Shown piece by piece: positions 57,106-64,000 of a stretch of 64,000 nucleotides of DNA; position 1 is the stretch's first letter, and each line of letters begins with the position of its first letter. The notes under the pieces are model-generated. The model was not told the origin of the DNA. It was given only the letters and a program-made list of their open reading frames with translations, and did no database searches. The DNA comes from Armatimonadota bacterium. Lineage in GTDB: Bacteria; Armatimonadota; Hebobacteria; CAIYQO01. A program made the translations under genes and the position numbers. The stretch is taken from positions 3,520-67,519 of the forward strand of contig JAKPKV010000166.1 in NCBI GenBank assembly GCA_029553475.1, written 5' to 3'.

Positions 57106-58620
57106 TTATGCCCCTACGCCGGCGGGTTTCACGCCCAGGATGGCCAGCGTCCGGTCATCCAGGCCGACGGCGCGCAGGCGCTCGCGGCTGCCGCGCAGCG
57201 ATTCCACGGCGTTGACGCCCATCGCGCCCAGCATCTCTTCCAGCTCGGCGGCCCAGGCGTGCACCAGGTTGGCCACGCGCTCGGCGCCCCACACCGGGTC
57301 AATGCGCCGGGTGAGCTCGGGATCCTGGGTGGTGATGCCCCACGAGCAGCGGCCCGTGTAGCACTTCTGGCAGAGCGTGCAGCCCAGGCTGAGCAGCGCG
57401 GCGGTGCCGATGGCCACCGCGTCGGCGCCCAGCGCGATGGCTTTGGCCATGTCGGCGCTGGAGCGGATGGAGCCGGCGGCGATGAGGCTCGCCTGATTGC
57501 GGATGCCCTCCTCGCGCAGGCGCTGGTCCACCGCGGCGATGGCCAGCTCGATGGGGATGCCCAGGTTGTCGCGGATGACGCTGGGCGCCGCCCCGGTGCC
57601 GCCGCGCACGCCGTCCAGGTAGACATAGTCGGCGCCGGCGCGCACGATGCCGCTGGCGATGGCCGCCACGTTATGCACGGCGGCGATCTTCACCCCCACG
57701 GGCTTCTGGTAATCCACCGCTTCCTTCAGCGCGAAGATGAGCTGCCGCAGGTCCTCGATGGAGTAGATGTCGTGCTGCGGCGCCGGCGAGATGGCGTCGG
57801 AGCCGAGGGGGATCATGCGCGTGGTGGAGACGTCCGCCGTCACCTTCTCGCCCGGCAAATGCCCGCCGATGCCCGGCTTCGCGCCTTGCCCGATCTTGAT
57901 CTCCACCGCGGCGCCGGCGTGCAGATACTCGACGTTCACGCCGAAGCGGCCGGAGGCGCACTGCACGACGGCGCAGTGGGCGTACGGTTTCACCTGCTCG
58001 TGCAGGCCGCCTTCGCCGGTATTCCAGAGGATGCCCAGCGCCTCCGCCGCCATCGCCAGGCTTTTTTGCGCAGTGAGCGAGATGGAGCCGTAGGACATCG
58101 GCGAGAAGATGATGGGGAAGGCGAGCTGATAATTCGGCGCGAGCGGCGTTTTCAGCGACACGCGGCCGTCGGCGGCGACCGCCACCTCGACCTGCTCCGG
58201 CTTGCGGCCCAGGTAGGTGCGCAGCTCCATCGGCTCGCGCAGCGGGTCAATGGAGGGGTTCGTCACCTGGCAGGCGTCGAGGAACAGGCTGTCGAAGAGC
58301 ACCGGGAAATCCTGGTCGGCGCCCATGCCGGTGAGCAGCACGCCGCCGGACTCCGCCTGCCGGTAGACGTTTTTCCGGTGGCGCAGCGTCCAGTTCGCGT
58401 TCGGCCGGTAGAAGGTCGGGTTGGGCAGCACGGTGATGCAGGACTCCGGGCAGAAGACCTCGCAGCGATGGCAGCCCACGCACGCCTGCTGATCGGCCAC
58501 CACGCGGTGCTCCCAGCGCAGCGCGCCCCAGCCGCACTGCTTGATGCAGCGCTTGCAGCGGCAGCAGGTCTCGGTATCGTTCGTCCAGCGAAATTCAGGC
58601 GGGATATAGCTCGTTGACAT
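57106..58620 (-). CDS. Glutamate synthase FMN-binding subunit (domain 2) with N-terminal ferredoxin
   Basis: Two CxxCxxCxxxC motifs, MSYGSIS, NTGEGG, EIKIGQGAKPGIGGHLPGEKV, HDIYSIEDL, CTLCQKCYTGRC. Confidence 0.95.
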   Translation of the reverse strand: MSTSYIPPEFRWTNDTETCCRCKRCIKQCGWGALRWEHRVVADQQACVGCHRCEVFCPESCITVLPNPTFYRPNANWTLRHRKNVYRQAESGGVLLTGMGADQDFPVLFDSLFLDACQVTNPSIDPLREPMELRTYLGRKPEQVEVAVAADGRVSLKTPLAPNYQLAFPIIFSPMSYGSISLTAQKSLAMAAEALGILWNTGEGGLHEQVKPYAHCAVVQCASGRFGVNVEYLHAGAAVEIKIGQGAKPGIGGHLPGEKVTADVSTTRMIPLGSDAISPAPQHDIYSIEDLRQLIFALKEAVDYQKPVGVKIAAVHNVAAIASGIVRAGADYVYLDGVRGGTGAAPSVIRDNLGIPIELAIAAVDQRLREEGIRNQASLIAAGSIRSSADMAKAIALGADAVAIGTAALLSLGCTLCQKCYTGRCSWGITTQDPELTRRIDPVWGAERVANLVHAWAAELEEMLGAMGVNAVESLRGSRERLRAVGLDDRTLAILGVKPAGVGA

Positions 58621-58656
58621 ACGCGTTCCTCTGCAAAACCTCCGCGTGGGGCGACC

Positions 58657-59844
58657 TCACCGGGTCGTCTCCTGCGGCGCGAGCGGGCCGAAATCGGCGC
58701 GGGTGACCGCCGACGGCACCGCGGGGAAGACATCGGCGTCCAGCTCGACGATGGTCGGCTCGCCGCCGCGCGGCGCCCAGATGCGGTCCGGGTCGGGGCA
58801 CATCTCCAGGATGCCGGACTCCTCGCTGGAGAGCAGCACCCAGTCATCCTTCTCGGCGGCCACCAGCGGGCGCAGCTTGATGCGGTCGTTCAGCCCCACC
58901 ATGCCGCGGCGATGGCCGAAGACGATGGCGAAGGGGCCGTTCACCAGCGCGCCGGCGTACACCATGCGCAGCGCGCGGTAGAGCTCCGCTTTCTCCGGAT
59001 CACGCTCCGCCAGCGCGTCAATGTCCCGCCAGAAGGGGGCGGCCATCACCGTGCAGGCCACGTCCACCGGCAACTGGTGCCGGCGCAGCAGCAGGTCGAG
59101 GAGATAGGCCATCACCTCGGTATCGGTGCGCAGCGTGCACTGGTAGCCGAACTGCTCCAGGTAGCGCTTGTTGATGCCGTAGCTGGAGATCTCGCCGTTA
59201 TGCACCACCGCGAAATCGAGGAGCGTGAAGGGGTGCGCGCCGCCCCACCAGCCCGGCGTATTGGTCGGGAAGCGGTCGTGCGCAATCCAGATATACCCCT
59301 GATACTCCTCCAGCCGGTAGAAGCGGCCAACCTGGTCGGCCGAGCCGACCGCTTTGAAGGCGCCCATGTTCTTGCCGGAGCTGAAGACGTAGGCGCCGTC
59401 AAGGCGGACGTTGATCTCCATCACCGCGCGCAGCACGTAGTCCTCGGCGGTGGGCAGCATGGACTCGGCCAGCTTCAGCGGTTTCGGATGCAGGAAGTAA
59501 CGGCGCAGCGCCGGCGCGGTCGAAGGATCCACGCCTTCCACCGGGCGGGTGGGGATGTGCTCCTCGTGTACCAGCTCAAAGTGCTCGTCCAGGTAGCGCT
59601 CCGTCTCCTCCTGCGCGCGCGGCGTGTAATACATCAGGTGGAAGGCGAACTCCTCGGCGTAGTGCGGGTAGCAGCCATACACCGCGAAGCCGCCGCCCAG
59701 GCCGTTGCCGCGCTCCCGCAGCAGGCCGATGGAGCGGATGATCGCCTCGCCGTTGACCGAATGCCCGCGGCGGCTCATCATCGCGCTCAGGCCGCAGCCG
59801 GAGAGCGTGCGTGCGGTCAGATCAAAGGGCGTGTGTCCCTGCAT
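58657..59844 (-). CDS. Glutamate synthase amidotransferase subunit (class II GATase, domain 1)
   Basis: SGCG near N-terminus, ERGNGLGGG, RFPTNTPGWWGGAHPF, HNGEISSY, TDTEV, DRIKLRP. Confidence 0.93.
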   Translation of the reverse strand: MQGHTPFDLTARTLSGCGLSAMMSRRGHSVNGEAIIRSIGLLRERGNGLGGGFAVYGCYPHYAEEFAFHLMYYTPRAQEETERYLDEHFELVHEEHIPTRPVEGVDPSTAPALRRYFLHPKPLKLAESMLPTAEDYVLRAVMEINVRLDGAYVFSSGKNMGAFKAVGSADQVGRFYRLEEYQGYIWIAHDRFPTNTPGWWGGAHPFTLLDFAVVHNGEISSYGINKRYLEQFGYQCTLRTDTEVMAYLLDLLLRRHQLPVDVACTVMAAPFWRDIDALAERDPEKAELYRALRMVYAGALVNGPFAIVFGHRRGMVGLNDRIKLRPLVAAEKDDWVLLSSEESGILEMCPDPDRIWAPRGGEPTIVELDADVFPAVPSAVTRADFGPLAPQETTR

Positions 59845-59880
59845 GGTCGGTGTCTCCCTGTCCCGGTCGCCGGGGGCGTC

Positions 59881-61200
59881 TCATCGCTCGCCGAGCAACG
59901 CGGCCACCTCGTCGGCGCCGGATTTCGGCACGGCGGGCAGTTTCAAGCGTTTCCGCGCGGCTTCCGAAGTCGCGATCATCGCGCCGGTGCCGGTGACGGC
60001 GGCGATGCCGTCGGCCACGCCGCCGGGCACGGCGCCGCGCGCGACGGCGAGGTGTTTCACCGTGCGGAAGATCTCGAGCATGGAGTAACTCTGGCAGCAG
60101 CGGTCGCTGCACGTGTAGCACTCGTGGCACTTCCAGGCGCTGCGGTCGGCGATGACGCCGTCCAGGTCGCCGGCGGCGAGGCGGCGGATGATCGCGTTCG
60201 GCACCCAGGTGGGATCGCCCAGGTTCACCGGGCAGTCGTTGCGGCAGCCGTTGCACGCGGCGCAGCCCGCCAGCCCTTGCAGGTCGAAGTGCGGGGCCAG
60301 CGTCTCCTGCGCCGCCCGCAGCGCCGTCCAGCGGGCGAAGAAGCGGTCGGTGCTGACGCGGTGCGCGGCGATGCCCAGCTCCTCCGGCGCCAGCCCCAGC
60401 GCGAGACCGAGCAGCTCCAGGTAGGAGAGCACCGGCACGTCGTAGACTTCGCCGCCGCGCGCCAGGTTGGCCTGCTGATACTCGTATTGCATGGTGCAGG
60501 ACGGGCAGGTGGTGGTGAGGCAATCCACGCCGAGCTTCGCCAGCTCGGAGAGCTTCATGCGGCACATGTGCTCGGCCTGCGACTGGTCATCGGCGCGCGC
60601 CAGCAATCCGCCGCAGCACAGCGACTTGGTGGTGTAGGTCACCGAGGTGGCGCCCAGCGCCTCCACCAGCGTGTCGAACTTGCGCGGCGCGAAGGGGTCG
60701 TCGAAGGCGAGCTCCGTGCTGGGGCGCACCAGGTGACAGCCGTTGTGCACCGCCACGCGCAGGCCGGTGAGCGGGCGGGTGACGCGCTGGCGCAGCGTCT
60801 GCGCGCCGAAATCGTCCCAGAGCACTTCCAGCACGTGCTTCACCGGGACGCGGCCCTGATAGCTCCGGCCGACGCGCGCCAGGCGCGCGTTCACCATCGC
60901 CAGCGCGTCGGGGTGGGCGGCGAGCGCGTGGTTGGCGCCTTTCAGCGTGCCGTAGCAGCCGGTGCAGGGGGTGACGATGGCCACGCCGGCGTCCTCAGCG
61001 ATCGCCAGGTTGCGGGCCGCCATGGTCAGCCACGTATCGTGGTCGGCGTTCTTGATCATGGACTTTTCGGGGCAGCAGCTCAGCCCCTCCAGGTCCTGGG
61101 CGGCGATGCCCAGCGCGGCGAACGCCGCGCGCATCGCTTTTTCGAGATGCGGCATGCGGCTGGGGAGGTAACAGCCCCAGAAATACCCGTATCGCGCCAT
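59881..61200 (-). CDS. Heterodisulfide reductase-like HdrB (two CCG domains) fused to HdrC-like 4Fe-4S dicluster
   Basis: YFWGC, SCCP, TPCTGC, HNGCH, LCCGG, TCPSC followed by CAACNGCRNDCP and WKCHECYTCSDRC. Confidence 0.88.
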   Translation of the reverse strand: MARYGYFWGCYLPSRMPHLEKAMRAAFAALGIAAQDLEGLSCCPEKSMIKNADHDTWLTMAARNLAIAEDAGVAIVTPCTGCYGTLKGANHALAAHPDALAMVNARLARVGRSYQGRVPVKHVLEVLWDDFGAQTLRQRVTRPLTGLRVAVHNGCHLVRPSTELAFDDPFAPRKFDTLVEALGATSVTYTTKSLCCGGLLARADDQSQAEHMCRMKLSELAKLGVDCLTTTCPSCTMQYEYQQANLARGGEVYDVPVLSYLELLGLALGLAPEELGIAAHRVSTDRFFARWTALRAAQETLAPHFDLQGLAGCAACNGCRNDCPVNLGDPTWVPNAIIRRLAAGDLDGVIADRSAWKCHECYTCSDRCCQSYSMLEIFRTVKHLAVARGAVPGGVADGIAAVTGTGAMIATSEAARKRLKLPAVPKSGADEVAALLGER

Positions 61201-61406
61201 GATGTCTCGCTCCCTCATCGAGCCGGTCGCCGGCGGCCACGGGCGGTGACGGGGCGTGGGGCGACCGTGGACGTCTCACCCTCCCCGCGGCGTTGACCCC
61301 CGTCGCGGGCGGGAAGGAGGGGACGCGTCCAGGTATTAGGGTACGGGGACAATGTTTCCAACAGATTACGCGCGCGGGAGCGCTGGCGCGGGGCACGCCC
61401 GGGCGG

Positions 61407-61844
61407 TTATTCCCCGGCGCCGTAGAGGGCGGTGAGGTGCGTTTTCACGCGCCGCAGGGCTTCGCGGGCGTTCTCGAAGACCACCAGCTCCATGCTGTCC
61501 CGCGGGGTGGCCCAGCGATAGGCGACGTGCTCCCAGGACAGGTAGATCTCCGTCGAGAGGGCGCGGGCGAGAAAGTAGGTCACTTCCTTATCCACCAGCG
61601 TGCGGCCGCGGCGGTAGCGGTAGTGGATAACGGAGCGGAAATCGGGGTCGAACTCGATGGCCCGCAGGCCGGTCTCCTCGGCGATCTCGCGGCAGGCGGC
61701 TTCCTCCTCCGATTCCCCGCGGTTCAGCTTCCCCTTCGGAAACCCCCAGGGCTTGCCGGGGGCGGGCTGCAGCAGCAGGAAGAGGTAACGCCCGTCTTCC
61801 GCGATCCGGTAGACCACCGCGCCCGCCGAATGCTCCTTCACCAT
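61407..61844 (-). CDS. Nudix hydrolase, Ap4A hydrolase-like
   Basis: SAGAVV, WGFPKG...GESEEEAACREIAEETGL Nudix box, LSWEH. Confidence 0.9.
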   Translation of the reverse strand: MVKEHSAGAVVYRIAEDGRYLFLLLQPAPGKPWGFPKGKLNRGESEEEAACREIAEETGLRAIEFDPDFRSVIHYRYRRGRTLVDKEVTYFLARALSTEIYLSWEHVAYRWATPRDSMELVVFENAREALRRVKTHLTALYGAGE

Positions 61845-61923
61845 GATCGAATCCCGCACTTCCTCACCGCACACTCAAATCAGTATACGGAAAGGCGCGC
61901 CGTCTGTCCAGCCGCGGGACGTG

Positions 61924-62883
61924 CTATTCCGCCGCCACCGCCGCGTCACCGCGATACCAGAGACGGCCTTCGATGCGGTCCCATTCCGTCCACGCGTGCT
62001 CCGGATTGCCGCCCCGCAGCATCTCGAGGCAGTGGGTGGCTTTGGCCTCCAGGTTGTCCACCGCGTGGAGGATCACCGCCTCCAGCATCTTCGGCACCAC
62101 CGGCGCGCCGAACTCGCCGGTGCCGTGGTGGCTGAGGATGAGGTGGCGCAGGCGGGTGGTCACCTCATCGGAGATCCGCAGCCCGCGCGCCCACTCATAC
62201 ACCAGGCGGTCGCCGATGACGATGTGGCCGTGCAGGTTGCCGATGGTGCTGTATTCGATGGCCAGATGCGCCCAGTCGAATTCCTCGATCTTGCCGATGT
62301 CGTGCAGCAATACCCCGGCGAGCAGCAGGTCGCGATCCACCCGCGGGTAGCAGCGGGCAGCCGTCTCCGCCAGCTCCGCCTGGCGCACCACGTGCTCCAG
62401 CAGGCCGTGCAGGTAGGCGCCGTGCACGCCGCGCGCGGCGGGCGCCTCGCAGTACTTGCGGCGAATCTCCGGGTCGGCGAAGATGGCGCGGATGAGCGGG
62501 CCGATGTCGGGGTCGGTGAAGGAGGCGATGAGCGCGTCCAGCTTCGCGATGAGCGCGGTCACGTCGCCGTCATACGCCGGCAGGAAATCGGCGGGGTCCA
62601 CCGCGCCGTCCCACGGGGCGATGGCCGACAGCGTGAGCTCCAGCGCGCCCTGGTAACTCTCCACGCGCCCCGTCACCTTCACCACCGTGCCATCGGGGAT
62701 GCGCGCGGCGTCCTCGGCATCCTCCCACAGCTTGGCGCCGACGCTGCCCGAGCGGTCGCTCAACGTCACGCGCAGAAAATTGCCGGGCTTGTTTTTGAAG
62801 GGCGTCAGGCGAAACTGCCGCGCGACGGCCAGCGTGGAGACGGTCATCCCTTCATTCAGCTCAGTCAGCATCGTCTTCGCCAT
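61924..62883 (-). CDS. yhaM: 3'-5' exoribonuclease YhaM family (OB fold + HD domain)
   Basis: LSDRSG...KLW OB fold, PAA..HGAY..GLLEH, LLHDIGK, GHI, HLILSHHG. Confidence 0.9.
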   Translation of the reverse strand: MAKTMLTELNEGMTVSTLAVARQFRLTPFKNKPGNFLRVTLSDRSGSVGAKLWEDAEDAARIPDGTVVKVTGRVESYQGALELTLSAIAPWDGAVDPADFLPAYDGDVTALIAKLDALIASFTDPDIGPLIRAIFADPEIRRKYCEAPAARGVHGAYLHGLLEHVVRQAELAETAARCYPRVDRDLLLAGVLLHDIGKIEEFDWAHLAIEYSTIGNLHGHIVIGDRLVYEWARGLRISDEVTTRLRHLILSHHGTGEFGAPVVPKMLEAVILHAVDNLEAKATHCLEMLRGGNPEHAWTEWDRIEGRLWYRGDAAVAAE

Positions 62884-63221
62884 GGGGCACCTCGCTCTAG
62901 GATGGGGATCGGGCGCCTGCCCGGGACTACGGGGCTATTGTAGCAGAGATGGCGGCCCGGTGGAAATGCGGAGCGGTGAATGCTGAATGGCGGACCGCGC
63001 ATGATGGGCGCGACGGCGTTGCGCCGCCTGCCAGGGGACCGACGCTGTCAGCGGAAAATGGTAACCATCACGCATTAGTGGGGGTGGATCGCCTGGGAGG
63101 GTGGGACTCCGTCGAGCCGATCTGCTGGAGGGCGAGACGGATGACGATGACGACGACGATGACGATGGCGACCTACGGTCCCTGCGCGCGCGGCGCGACG
63201 GCGTCTCGCCGGCCAGAAAGC

Positions 63222-63986
63222 TTACACGACCAGCTCCACTTCCCACGCGCGCAGGCGCGGGTCGTGGGCGGCGGCGGCGATGTCGGCGGGGGAAGTGAAG
63301 TGCATGCGCTCGCCGATGAGCGGGAAGGCGGTGATCGGCTCGCCGTGCCGCAGCATGTACTCCATGGTATAGGTCACGTAGAACTCGCCCGTTTCCGGGC
63401 GCGGGGTGCGGTCAATGTAGTCCCAGATCGCGGGGGTGAAGACCATGAGGCCGGCGATGTTCCAGTGGGTGCCGGCGGTGCCGGGGGGCAGCTTTTCCGC
63501 CAGCCGCAGCACGCGGTCGCCGTCGCGGTAGACGGCGCCGCCGGCATAGGGGTCCTCCACCCAGTTCACCCCCAGCACCACGGCGGGGTCCGCGGGATCG
63601 GTGATGAAGCGCTCGATGATGGCGGGGTAGTTGGCGGGGTCCACCAGCAGGTCGCCCCACTGCATGAGGAACGGCTCGTCATCGAAGAGATCGCGGGTGA
63701 GGCGCATGGCGTCGGCGGTGCCGCCCAGCGTGGGCTGGGCACGGTAGTGCAGGCGCATGCCGACGCGCGCGCCGTCGCCGAAATAGCGCTCGATCGCCGC
63801 GCCGTGGTAGCCGTGCACCACCACCGCGTCGTCAATGCCGGCGACGCGCAAGCCGCGCAGGATGCGCTCCAGGATGGGCATGCCGCCCACCGGCACCATG
63901 GGTTTCGGACATGCCGCGGTGAGCGGCATCAGGCGGACGCCGCGGCCGGCGGCCAGTATTAACGCGCGATGCGGGATCGTGTGCAC
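63222..63986 (-). CDS. Sugar-phosphate nucleotidyltransferase family protein
   Basis: ALILAAGRGVRLMPLT..CPKPM, GTADA, WGD. Confidence 0.9.
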   Translation of the reverse strand: MHTIPHRALILAAGRGVRLMPLTAACPKPMVPVGGMPILERILRGLRVAGIDDAVVVHGYHGAAIERYFGDGARVGMRLHYRAQPTLGGTADAMRLTRDLFDDEPFLMQWGDLLVDPANYPAIIERFITDPADPAVVLGVNWVEDPYAGGAVYRDGDRVLRLAEKLPPGTAGTHWNIAGLMVFTPAIWDYIDRTPRPETGEFYVTYTMEYMLRHGEPITAFPLIGERMHFTSPADIAAAAHDPRLRAWEVELVV

Positions 63987-64000
63987 GCGGACTCCTTCTC

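Overview
High-GC bacterial chromosomal window. The pilin-like '[16 protein letters not shown]'/H-X9-DG protein and outer-membrane secretion genes suggest an Armatimonadota-like diderm; this is inference only. Housekeeping and metabolic genes are ruvB (3' end), smc, ribE, serC, yhaM, a Nudix hydrolase, a sugar nucleotidyltransferase, sugar-metabolism enzymes and a split, archaeal-style glutamate synthase operon led by an HdrB-HdrC fusion. These are interspersed with accessory loci. (1) A type II secretion gene cluster (gspE-F-G-H-I-J-K-L-M-C-D, no prepilin peptidase in the window) behind a MarR gene, divergent from a translationally coupled, signal-peptide-bearing TPR-CHAT protease plus caspase-family protease pair. 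(2) The strongest candidate for an undescribed system, a five-gene Fap-like (functional amyloid-like) export operon at 36843-43037: two paralogous acidic Asn/Asp/Ala/Gly repeat proteins, a small third subunit, an exported C39 peptidase and a FapF-like outer-membrane barrel. All three subunits carry a double-glycine-type leader right behind their Sec signal and share a C-terminal motif. (3) A perfect 24-bp inverted repeat enclosing a sigma70 promoter upstream of a pilin-like gene, a candidate invertible phase-variation switch. (4) An FGE-domain gene whose 3' end looks like a DGR variable region. (5) A frameshifted hicA beside an intact hicB. (6) Several REP/REPIN-like intergenic repeat families. 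No rRNA, tRNA, CRISPR array, transposase, recombinase or reverse transcriptase was recognised.
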